Positions 9,066-17,731 of a stretch of DNA of 64,000 bases are shown one piece after another. The stretch lies in sequence record SRR31156797_3768; one strand, written 5' to 3'. Under the pieces are notes generated by a model. It was not told the origin of the DNA. It saw only the letters and a list, made by a program, of their open reading frames with translations, and did no database searches. A program made the position numbers and the translations under genes. How positions within the stretch are numbered: the stretch's first letter is position 1; the number at the start of each line of letters is the position of its first letter.

Positions 9066-10907
9066 CTAGAAGATGTGGTGTAAGAGGTCAGCGGCGATCT
9101 GGTCCGCCTGCCGTAAATTCCAAGCATCGGTTCCTGGCTGAGCAGTGGCAGCCGTCAGCCAGTGGATGCCTTCTGTGGGAATCCCGAAACAATAGAGGGC
9201 AGTGTAGGGGCGTTCATCTGGTCCAAGGACCTGATTGGTCTCAGGATCGATGGCGATAGCACCCGTCTCAAAAGGCACCTCATTGGGTATCGGCAACCGG
9301 TGCGGGTGAATGATCCGATCGTTTAGCAGTTGCCGCAACAAGGAATTGTTGGTTCGACGAATCGCTGTCGATGGAATGCGAGCCTCAATTAGTTGCGTCG
9401 CGTGATAGCGTGTGTCGGGAAATCGCTTTGAATACGTACAATAAGCCTCCTCGATCTCAACAGTCATGTCAGGACCTAGTAAGGTCACCACTCCGGCTTC
9501 CAACAAGGCGACCAGTTCCTGCAGTCGTTGAACCGGCGGACCGATCGATAAAAAGCTGTTAAAGGGAACGAAAGACTGCCAAAAGAGTGTTTTCAGGTCT
9601 TTTGCTGGCATTAGCTGATGATCGAGAACAAACCGAATCGGGTCACGCAGATCTTTGAAGACTTCCAAGGCACTGCTGATAGGTCCCGCTAGATTGCCTT
9701 TTTCGGCATCTTGGATTTGGGTACGTAATAGCGCAATGAAAAAGTCTTGCAAGGACTGCTGCTCTTTCTGAGCAAAGGGATCGGCTAGTTGGTGCCATGA
9801 CCACCATTCCCTCTTAGGAAGCTGCCATTTTTTTAGCAAGTCTTCAGATCCTTCCGTGGCAACAAAGGCGGTGGTAAAAGCGTCAAGCTGCTCTTTGTCA
9901 AGACGCTGTTTTTCTAAAAGCAGCGTCTGATAATAGACGAGTTCTGCCTCTTTCTTTAAATAGAAGAGCAGTGTCTTGCCAGCAACCGTTTTGGCTGCTT
10001 GCCAAGCAGCTAGGCGTTCAGGGGTCAAAAAAACGGGCTTTCGCTGCTGCGTTGGTGTTTTTTGATTGCGGCCACGAGGATGATACGGGACACCCCGACG
10101 AGAACCGGCGATGATTTGCGGTTCTTCACCAGAAGGTTGATAGACGAGGGATTCATTGACTTTGACGAAGGTTCCGCCCCGACCACTGGTCAAGTGGGTG
10201 ACGTAATCGTAAAAGGCAAGTCCTAGTCCCCGTAAAATCACAGGTTCGCCAGCTTTCACAGCCGTTAGATCTGTATCTGCCGCATTGGCTGGCGGTGCAT
10301 AAAACCAGCCATTATTTTCTGCGGCAGCCGCCAATTGTTGTTCCACTGATGACAGTTGGGCTTGTGAATGTCCTGTAGCTAAGACGACGGCATCAACAAA
10401 AAATGTTTGGTGAGCCGTCGTCAACTGGTAGCGATTTTTGGAAAGAGGGGTCAAAGAGCTGACCCTGTCTGACAGATGGTTGATGGTAATGGATTCAGGT
10501 AACTCTATTAACAACTGCTGATAAAACCACAGCTGATAGAGTCCATATAACGCCCGCGAGCAATGCCCGTTAGGATCAAGTGAATCAAGTGCTGTGCATT
10601 CCGCAACGAGCTCAGGGGCATGGATGGCTGCGAAATGTTTCCCTTCTGTCACTGCCCATTCGTACAAGGTAGGTCCTTTGACCACGGGGCCGCCGGTGCT
10701 TAATGTGTCATCCGTGAAAAGGGTGACTTGGCTGGTCACAGAATTCAATAGCAAATCTGCCGATTGGTCCGTGCGCCAAACTGCCCCAGGAAGAAAAGGA
10801 TCAAACAGCAGCAAGTCGATGGCTTGTTTGTTTTGTTTGCTATGAGCAATCAGCCGTTCTGAAAGTGAAAGTCCACGAGGACCAGCACCAATGATCGCTA
10901 TTTTCAT
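9066..10907 (-). CDS. FAD/NAD(P)-binding flavoprotein resembling CreE/FzmM L-aspartate N-monooxygenases
   Basis: IIGAGPRGLS..ERL, VWRTDQS..LLLNSVTSQVTLFTD, RGLGLAFYD, GRGG.F, PSG.EP...AGSRRGVPYH.RG, FLSIGPP, LIEAR, GIPTEGIHW; start re-set to ATG 10907 after GAGGTGG. Confidence 0.8.
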   Translation of the reverse strand: MKIAIIGAGPRGLSLSERLIAHSKQNKQAIDLLLFDPFLPGAVWRTDQSADLLLNSVTSQVTLFTDDTLSTGGPVVKGPTLYEWAVTEGKHFAAIHAPELVAECTALDSLDPNGHCSRALYGLYQLWFYQQLLIELPESITINHLSDRVSSLTPLSKNRYQLTTAHQTFFVDAVVLATGHSQAQLSSVEQQLAAAAENNGWFYAPPANAADTDLTAVKAGEPVILRGLGLAFYDYVTHLTSGRGGTFVKVNESLVYQPSGEEPQIIAGSRRGVPYHPRGRNQKTPTQQRKPVFLTPERLAAWQAAKTVAGKTLLFYLKKEAELVYYQTLLLEKQRLDKEQLDAFTTAFVATEGSEDLLKKWQLPKREWWSWHQLADPFAQKEQQSLQDFFIALLRTQIQDAEKGNLAGPISSALEVFKDLRDPIRFVLDHQLMPAKDLKTLFWQSFVPFNSFLSIGPPVQRLQELVALLEAGVVTLLGPDMTVEIEEAYCTYSKRFPDTRYHATQLIEARIPSTAIRRTNNSLLRQLLNDRIIHPHRLPIPNEVPFETGAIAIDPETNQVLGPDERPYTALYCFGIPTEGIHWLTAATAQPGTDAWNLRQADQIAADLLHHIF

Positions 10908-10944
10908 ATCACACCACCTCAATTATTCTATGGTCTTTGTGTCA

Positions 10945-11940
10945 TCAACGGGCTAAGTCAAAAGGTGTCTTGCGGAAAATCAGCCAGTGCATGCCTAGCA
11001 CCATGGCTTCCTCGATAGCATCGATATAATGGAAAGCGGGCTGATTGGGTTGTTGCTGCAGCAATGGATTTTTTTGGATCGCGTCTAAGAGATCGGTTTT
11101 TACTGCATCACTGCTGGCTAAAATGATACAGTGGGGGGCAAAAGCTGCATTGTAAAATGGCAGTAAGCTTGTCAGGCGCTGGACCAAAGCCGTGCGGTCT
11201 TGCGGTGCCCCTTGATCCAAGTAGCCGGGTAAAAATTTTGCCTCTCCCGCTAGGGCATCTTTTCCTTCTAAAAGCGCACCATTGACTAGGAGCGTGATAC
11301 CGGGCATGCTTTTTTCGGGATTGTACATGCCAACGATGGTTTGCTGCAAGGAGATCTGTTGGGCGATGCAATAGCCGATTGTTAAAATATGGGCATCGTT
11401 TTGACAGTAGAAGGGCAGTGCAGTGACCTCTGCCACGAGGGCTGCCAGCTGCCAACCGTTAAATTTTTCATACCAGCTGGAAGTCACGGTTCCTCTACTG
11501 ATTTTTCCTGGTAAAAAGAGGGCGATCTGTTCCACAAAGGGAAATAATGCCAGCTCGTTCGTTACACATTCTTGAAAGCGGTGAGGGGCAACATCAGGAA
11601 AGGGCTGGTCGTGTTTTGCCAAAACCTTCCCCTTACGATCGATCAGCATGGACCAAAGAGCCAAGGAGCCATCGTGATCGATAAAGCTAAGCAAAAGAGA
11701 ATGACCTCGGTCTTGATTTAGCTGATAGGTCACTGCTGGTCGTCCTAGCTCTTTTTGCTCCAGCGGACCTTTCGTGATTTCCCCCTCTGTTAACAATTCT
11801 TTTAATAATGAGTTAGTGGTGACCATGCTGATGCCGGTTTTCTTCACTAAATCGGAGGCGAATAATGCCCCGTTTTGAAACAAAGTTTTTAAAACCAGCT
11901 GTTTGTTTTGCTGGCGAATGGTATGGGTGGTAGAAGCCAT
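10945..11940 (-). CDS. ROK family transcriptional regulator (N-terminal wHTH)
   Basis: IRQQNKQLVL...TGISMVT HTH, GRP wing, QNDA and G..L.G...AGE ROK motifs; no CxC zinc motif. Confidence 0.85.
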   Translation of the reverse strand: MASTTHTIRQQNKQLVLKTLFQNGALFASDLVKKTGISMVTTNSLLKELLTEGEITKGPLEQKELGRPAVTYQLNQDRGHSLLLSFIDHDGSLALWSMLIDRKGKVLAKHDQPFPDVAPHRFQECVTNELALFPFVEQIALFLPGKISRGTVTSSWYEKFNGWQLAALVAEVTALPFYCQNDAHILTIGYCIAQQISLQQTIVGMYNPEKSMPGITLLVNGALLEGKDALAGEAKFLPGYLDQGAPQDRTALVQRLTSLLPFYNAAFAPHCIILASSDAVKTDLLDAIQKNPLLQQQPNQPAFHYIDAIEEAMVLGMHWLIFRKTPFDLAR

Positions 11941-11950
11941 AAATGTTCTC

Positions 11951-12068
11951 CTTAATGAAGTGATTTAATTAAGTATACCGACGGGATGAAACGATGTAAA
12001 GTTTTTAAAAGACTGACTTGACGGAAAACTTGAAAATAAGTATACTTAATTAATAACGTTAATTAAGT
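11951..12068. promoter_or_regulatory. Divergent promoters, each overlapped by a palindromic operator CTTAAT(T/G)AA-N5-TTAATTAAG
   Basis: Minus: TTTACA (11995-12000)-17-TATACT (11972-11977), site 11951-11973. Plus: TTGACG (12018-12023)-17-TATACT (12041-12046), perfect site ACTTAATTAA-taacg-TTAATTAAGT 12044-12068. Confidence 0.75.
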
Positions 12069-12112
12069 GATTTGGAATGAAGAGGACACGAGGTAGAGGG
12101 GAAGAGAAACGT

Positions 12113-12919
12113 ATGATCAAATTAGTCATCACAGATTTAGACGGTACATTTTTGAACAGCCAAGGCAGTTTTGATCGGCCTTATTATGAACAAGTCAGCC
12201 AACAAATGAAAGAAGCGGGTGTTGCTTTTGCTGCGTGTACCGGCAAACAGTGTGAACGAGTGGAAGAACTGTTTGGTGAAGCAGCAGCGGATGTTTGGAT
12301 TCTTGGGGATAGCGCGACCCGCATCAAACATCAAGGAGAGTACATCTTTGAATCGCTGCTGCCAAACGAATTAGGGCGGCGGATCATTGCGAAGCTCGCT
12401 GCGATTGCGCAAGATCATGTAATCATCGCTTGTACACCGACTGCGGCGTACATTGCTGACACAACCAATGAAGCGGATGCGCAGAAAGTGCGTGGCTCTT
12501 ATCGGGTGGTCAAAACGGTGGCGGATTATCAAACTATCACAGAAGATTTTGTGAAGCTCACTATTTTTGATCCCAAACTACGTTGTTTTGAGCATGTCCA
12601 ACAGTTAAGCGAATTTACCAATGAAGCGTACATCGTGGCTTCGGAAGCCGCTTGGATCGATATCACCAATCAAGGCGTCCACAAAGGAACGACTGTGGCA
12701 CACTTGCAAGAATTGCTGCACGTCACACCCGAGGAGACAATGGTTTTCGGCGATGGCTTGAACGATTTGGAGTTGATGGCAGCTGGCACGTTTAGTTTCG
12801 CCATGAGCAATGCCTTTGAGGAAGTCAAGGCAGCGGCAGCGTTTGTGACCAAATCAAACGATGAAAATGGCGTGCTGAAAACTATCGAACGTCTGTTACC
12901 GCTACAAATGAAACAATAA
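12113..12919 (+). CDS. Cof-type HAD-IIB family phosphatase
   Basis: ITDLDGT, CTG, HKG, FGDGLNDLELM, SNDENGV motifs; start re-set to ATG 12113. Confidence 0.92.
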   Translation: MIKLVITDLDGTFLNSQGSFDRPYYEQVSQQMKEAGVAFAACTGKQCERVEELFGEAAADVWILGDSATRIKHQGEYIFESLLPNELGRRIIAKLAAIAQDHVIIACTPTAAYIADTTNEADAQKVRGSYRVVKTVADYQTITEDFVKLTIFDPKLRCFEHVQQLSEFTNEAYIVASEAAWIDITNQGVHKGTTVAHLQELLHVTPEETMVFGDGLNDLELMAAGTFSFAMSNAFEEVKAAAAFVTKSNDENGVLKTIERLLPLQMKQ

Positions 12920-13002
12920 AAAAATCGCTCCCTGGCAGGGAGAGCGTGCACTTTCAATTGACTGAAAGTAGACTGCTGCCTGTTGCTAAGGAGCGGTTTT
13001 TT
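12919..13002. terminator. Long bidirectional hairpin terminator between convergent genes
   Basis: AAAAATCGCTCC...GGAGCGGTTTTTT arms enclosing an inner ACTTTCA/TGAAAGT stem. Confidence 0.6.
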
Positions 13003-13004
13003 CG

Positions 13005-15155
13005 TTATGCATGTGGTTGACTGACGCTATAAGGATAGGCATCGGCTGACCACTCTTTGCTGCGAGGGACGATACCTAGCTGGAAGTTCAATGTACCACC
13101 GGCAGTCAATTCTTGGTGGGTGAAAAATAATCGCTCGAAGGGTTCTTCGTTCAATGTAATTTTATCCACGAAGAGCTGTTGCGGCGCATTGGGCGTGCTC
13201 TTGATCACTAAGTCTTTGCCTGAAGCAAGATGCAGTGTTGCTTGATCAAATAAGGGCATGCCAATGACATATTCGCCTGTCCCCGGTGTGACTGGATAAA
13301 AGCCCAAGGCATTGAAGATGTACCAACCAGCCATGCTGCCGTTGTCTTCATCGCCAGGAAAGCCTTTTGGTGAGTCATTGAAGCACTGTGTCAGTAGCTG
13401 CTTGATCAAGGGCTGTGCCATTTCTGGTTTGCCCAAATAGCTGAATAGATACGGATAGTGGAAGCTTGGCTGATTGGAGATCGCCAGCTGACCAAAATCG
13501 AGTGCGGCCATCTCACTCATTTCATGGATCTCGAACCCATAGCCTTCTGTCGTATAGCGAGGTTCTTGATTGCACAAGTCGATCAGTTTTGCTTCAAAGG
13601 CCGCTTTGCCGCCGTGTGCAGTGATCAAGCCAGCGAAATCATGGTAAACAGCAAAACTACTTTGCCACGCACTGCCTTCTGCATAATCCAAGCCCCAGCG
13701 TGTGTCACTAAACTCTGGACGAAAAGCGCCATCTGGGTCTTTTGCCCGCATAAAGCCGGTCTCCTGATCGAAAATGTTGCGGTAATTTTGCGATTGCTGC
13801 TGATAATAGTCTGCTTGCTCGTCACCCAGCTGTTGCGCGACTTGTGAGATACAAAAATCACTGTAACAATAATCAAGGGTGTGATTGACCGATTCATGAT
13901 GCGTCAATGGCACATACCCGTAAGTCAAATAGTCCGTCGTGCCGCGCCGACCATAATTGGGATTTTCACTTTGGACGGTGGCACCTTTTTTCATCGCTGC
14001 TAAAAATTCGGGCATCAAATCGGGACGGATACCTTTTACTGCGGCATCAGCGATCACGGCATCGATCAGCGTCCCGGGCATCAACCCCCGCTCATCAGGT
14101 GATAGCCATTTTGGTAAAAAGCCGCTTTCGCGATAACTGTTCAAAAAGCCTTCCAGCATGTCTTCCAATTGTTCGACAGCCAAGAGTGAAAAGAGCGGGT
14201 AGACAGTTTTATACGTATCCCAAAAGCCGTTGTTTGTGTACAGTGGTCCTGGTTTGATCGCTTTTGCCAAGGTATCCCAGTGCACTTTGCGACCCTCTTG
14301 ATCGATTTCGAAGAAGGTTTGAGGAAACAAGAATAAGCGATAAAAATTATGATAAAAAGTAGAAACTTGTGCTTGATCGTGATGCTCGATCTCGATTTTT
14401 TGCAAAAAATGATTCCATTGCTGTTGGACAGAAGCCAGATAATCGGCAGGAGCCCATTGCTGTTCCCGCTGCAAGTTCAAACAAGCTTGTTCGCGACTGA
14501 GAAACGAGGTTGCAAAACGGATCGTCTGTGTTTGGCAATCATCAAAGCGGAGAACGACGAAGGCTTCTTTGCCTGTCAAGGCACCTTCGATCGCCGTGAT
14601 GGGTGTTTCAAAACGATAGACGAAATGGATGGTGAAGCTTTCGTCTTCGCATCCTGAAAATACGATCAGTTGACCAGCCACTGTCTGTTCATCCAACTGT
14701 TCTAAGACATAGTCACCCGGCAGTGACAAGCCAAGACCCGGCTGATCCCCGCAGTTTTCAATAGACAGCACACCGCCATACATACTGGGAATCAAAGTCG
14801 TTGTTGTTAAATACCGCTGCGTCTTGATTTTAAGAAAGGCTGGATTAAAGGTGCTTTCTTCCGGACGATACGAGCTTTGCGCATGGAAAAGGGTATTTTC
14901 AGAAAGCGTGCCGTTTATCGGCAGCATCGTCAGATGGCTGAAATCACCCATCCAAGGGCTAGGCTGATGGGTGATGCGAAAGCCCTGAAAGGTTCGATCT
15001 TCTGGATGAAACCACCAACTGCCTCGTTGATCGCTGGTTTGCGGGGCAAAGTAGTTCATGCCAAAAGGAACCCCTGTATAAGGCAGGCAGTTGCCATGGG
15101 AAAAACTATATTGGTTGTCTGTTCCGTGTCGTGTGTCGATCATTGATACGTTCAC
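13005..15155 (-). CDS. GH92 alpha-1,2-mannosidase (no signal peptide)
   Basis: HQPSPWMGDF, NNGFWDTYKT, GLMPGT, YAEGSAWQ, ISNQPSFH, PGDEDNGSM; GTG 15155 is best spaced from the AAAGGAG RBS (track uses 15164). Confidence 0.93.
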   Translation of the reverse strand: MNVSMIDTRHGTDNQYSFSHGNCLPYTGVPFGMNYFAPQTSDQRGSWWFHPEDRTFQGFRITHQPSPWMGDFSHLTMLPINGTLSENTLFHAQSSYRPEESTFNPAFLKIKTQRYLTTTTLIPSMYGGVLSIENCGDQPGLGLSLPGDYVLEQLDEQTVAGQLIVFSGCEDESFTIHFVYRFETPITAIEGALTGKEAFVVLRFDDCQTQTIRFATSFLSREQACLNLQREQQWAPADYLASVQQQWNHFLQKIEIEHHDQAQVSTFYHNFYRLFLFPQTFFEIDQEGRKVHWDTLAKAIKPGPLYTNNGFWDTYKTVYPLFSLLAVEQLEDMLEGFLNSYRESGFLPKWLSPDERGLMPGTLIDAVIADAAVKGIRPDLMPEFLAAMKKGATVQSENPNYGRRGTTDYLTYGYVPLTHHESVNHTLDYCYSDFCISQVAQQLGDEQADYYQQQSQNYRNIFDQETGFMRAKDPDGAFRPEFSDTRWGLDYAEGSAWQSSFAVYHDFAGLITAHGGKAAFEAKLIDLCNQEPRYTTEGYGFEIHEMSEMAALDFGQLAISNQPSFHYPYLFSYLGKPEMAQPLIKQLLTQCFNDSPKGFPGDEDNGSMAGWYIFNALGFYPVTPGTGEYVIGMPLFDQATLHLASGKDLVIKSTPNAPQQLFVDKITLNEEPFERLFFTHQELTAGGTLNFQLGIVPRSKEWSADAYPYSVSQPHA

Positions 15156-15160
15156 TTGGT

Positions 15161-16213
15161 TCACTCCTTTAATTGGGTTGATTCTCTTTTGATCAAAGAA
15201 ACAGCCACTAAATGGGTGGTCGTCTCCGTTGGTACTGGGGGTGCTGCCTTCGCAGCGTTGATTTTCTCAATCACTTGGTTTCCTGCCAAGCGCCCCATCT
15301 CCGCAAAATTCTGCCCGATGGTCGTTAGTGCTGGATCAACGAGGGCAGCGGCTTGGATATTATCGAAACCAACCAGGGAAATGTTGGCAGGGACGTGCAA
15401 ATCTGCTTGACGCAGTGCACGCATCAATTCGATGGCGATCAAGTCATTTTCACAGACGGCTGCCGTGACCTGATGTTCTTCCAGGTAGGCAAGCGCATTT
15501 GCGATACTGGCAGTAGCGTCGTCTAGCTTGGTGCGAAAGGTTCTTTGGTTTTTTTTCAGCGCATCGATGTAACCTAGATAACGCTGACGGACGGATTGTG
15601 GATGGTGGGTATCACCAAAAATATAAGCGATCCGTTGATGCCCCAACGCAAGTAAATGCTCCGTAGCTAGCTGTCCACCTTGAAAGTTATCTGGCATGAC
15701 CGCTGGAAAATCAAACTCATGCAGCTTTTTATCTAAGGTCACGATAGGAAAGTGTTTTTCAGCACATTCGAACAGCAAGTCATAGTAAGAAAACGTATTG
15801 CTGGCGTAATAGATCAGGCCGTCGAATTCTTGCATCAGCTCAGCTGCCGTCGTTTTTTCCAAATAATCCACTGGTGTCATCAAAAGTTCAAAGCCGTGTT
15901 CTTGCATCACGGGGTAAATGCCTTCGGTAAAGTTTCCTAAAGAGAGATCATTGGCAAAGGGCAAGACAAACAAAATTCGTCCAGTCGCTTTTTTTTCCTT
16001 CAATTCTCGGACAAAGCTGCCGCTGCCTTGCACGCGATAGATCAGCTGATTTTGTTCCAGTTCCGTCAAGGCTCTTTTAGAGGTGATCCGACTGACTTGG
16101 TATTGTTCAGATAGTTCTTTTTCAGTAGGGACACGACTGCCCGGAGCTAATCGCCCTTCAACGATGGCTTCGTGAAGCTCCGAGTAAATTTTTTTATATA
16201 ATGGTTGTTTCAT
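15161..16213 (-). CDS. GntR-HTH / LacI-type sensor domain regulator (AraR-like architecture)
   Basis: PTEKELSEQYQVSRITSKRAL HTH; periplasmic-binding-type C-domain (NDLIA, VGFDN, LTTI). Confidence 0.92.
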   Translation of the reverse strand: MKQPLYKKIYSELHEAIVEGRLAPGSRVPTEKELSEQYQVSRITSKRALTELEQNQLIYRVQGSGSFVRELKEKKATGRILFVLPFANDLSLGNFTEGIYPVMQEHGFELLMTPVDYLEKTTAAELMQEFDGLIYYASNTFSYYDLLFECAEKHFPIVTLDKKLHEFDFPAVMPDNFQGGQLATEHLLALGHQRIAYIFGDTHHPQSVRQRYLGYIDALKKNQRTFRTKLDDATASIANALAYLEEHQVTAAVCENDLIAIELMRALRQADLHVPANISLVGFDNIQAAALVDPALTTIGQNFAEMGRLAGNQVIEKINAAKAAPPVPTETTTHLVAVSLIKRESTQLKE

Positions 16214-16226
16214 AAGAAAACCCCTT

Positions 16227-16350
16227 TTGATATATCATATTTGTTAGCATACCATAAACCGATAAAAATGAAAACCCTTTAATTATTTTGAAAAAGCGCT
16301 AGACATTCACATGATTCATGATATACTAGGTTCGTAAATTGATATATCAA
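16227..16350. promoter_or_regulatory. Divergent control region with two TTGATATATCA(A/T) palindromes (likely GntR operators) and a cre-like site
   Basis: TTGATATATCAT 16227-16238; TTGATATATCAA 16339-16350; TAGACA and TGaTATACT promoter 16300-16327; TGAAAACCCTTTAA 16269-16282. Confidence 0.65.
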
Positions 16351-16368
16351 ATCAGGGAAGGTGATGGA

Positions 16369-17658
16369 ATGGTTTATAAAGAAATACCAACTTCAGTAGC
16401 AACATTTATGGAAACGATTACGGATCTATGCGGAGAAACGCATGCCGATTGGGCGAAAAATTTTAATGCAGCTTTTGCTAATACACTATTAACGACGGTC
16501 AAGCGTCATGAGGATGGCACGACCTTTTTACTGACGGGGGATATTCCAGCCATGTGGCTGCGAGATTCCACTGCGCAAGTTCGTCCGTATTTAGTGATCG
16601 CCAAAGAAGATGAAGACTTAGCAAGTATGATCAGCGGGTTGGTCAAGAAGCAATTCTACTATATTACGATCGATCCTTACGCAAATGCCTTTAACGAATC
16701 AGCCAATGGCGCTGGCCACCAAACAGACGATACAGAAATGAACGATTGGATCTGGGAACGCAAATATGAGATCGATTCTTTGTGTTATCCGATCCAACTG
16801 GCCTATCTGCTATATAAAAACACAGGCAGAACAGATCAGTTCAATGATGATTTTGTAACAGGCATCAAAAAAGCCTTGGAGGTGTTTGTAACAGAACAAA
16901 ACCATGAGGAATCCCCGTATCGCTTTGAACGGGATACCTGGCGAAAAGAAGATACCTTGACTCATGACGGCAAAGGCGCGCCGGTGAAACCCGTTGGCTT
17001 GACTTGGTCAGGTTTTCGACCAAGTGATGATGCCTGCAAATACGGCTATTTGATTCCCTCCAATATGTTTGCGGTGGTGGTCTTAGGCTATATCCAAGAA
17101 ATCTTTACGACGGTTTTAGAAGACACAGCGATCGTGGCACAAGCGAAAAAATTGCAAGCAGAGATCGAAGCAGGGATTAAAGCATACGGGTTGACCAAAA
17201 ATCAAGCTGGCGAAGAAGTCTACGCGTATGAAGTGGATGGATTCGGCAATGGCACACTGATGGATGACAGCAACGTGCCGAATTTGATCGCTGCCCCTTA
17301 CTTGGGGTATGGCAGTATGGAAGATCCCCTTTATCTTCAGACCCGTAAAACGTTGTTAAGCAGTGAAAATCCGTATTTCTATGAAGGCAAATACGCTAAA
17401 GGCATTGGCAGCTCTCATACGCCAGAAAATTATGTGTGGCCGATCGCCATGGCAATGGAAGGCATGACCACCACTGACAAAGAAGAAAAGAAACGAATTT
17501 TGGATCAGTTAGTGGCGACAGATGCGGGTACAAATTTGATGCATGAAGGGTTCGATGTCGATGATCCTTCGCAATACACGAGAGAATGGTTCTCTTGGGC
17601 GAACATGATGTTTTGTGAATTGGTCATGGATTATTTCGATATCCGAGTGGAAAAATAA
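16369..17658 (+). CDS. GH125 exo-alpha-1,6-mannosidase
   Basis: TGDIPAMWLRDS, DPYANAF, WERKYEIDSL, FRPSDDAC, GIGSSHT, TREWFSWAN; start re-set to 16369. Confidence 0.95.
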   Translation: MVYKEIPTSVATFMETITDLCGETHADWAKNFNAAFANTLLTTVKRHEDGTTFLLTGDIPAMWLRDSTAQVRPYLVIAKEDEDLASMISGLVKKQFYYITIDPYANAFNESANGAGHQTDDTEMNDWIWERKYEIDSLCYPIQLAYLLYKNTGRTDQFNDDFVTGIKKALEVFVTEQNHEESPYRFERDTWRKEDTLTHDGKGAPVKPVGLTWSGFRPSDDACKYGYLIPSNMFAVVVLGYIQEIFTTVLEDTAIVAQAKKLQAEIEAGIKAYGLTKNQAGEEVYAYEVDGFGNGTLMDDSNVPNLIAAPYLGYGSMEDPLYLQTRKTLLSSENPYFYEGKYAKGIGSSHTPENYVWPIAMAMEGMTTTDKEEKKRILDQLVATDAGTNLMHEGFDVDDPSQYTREWFSWANMMFCELVMDYFDIRVEK

Positions 17659-17731
17659 GCAGCACGACCCACGACCGTTCGAGTGACACAAAAAGCAGTC
17701 CAACGACGCAAACAGCGAGGAGTAAAAATCA

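Noticed and set aside
953-10907. Nitroreductase as partner or self-protection gene for the CreE-like enzyme
   Set aside because: Separated by two unrelated transcription units, no shared operator seen, and NfsA-type genes are ubiquitous.
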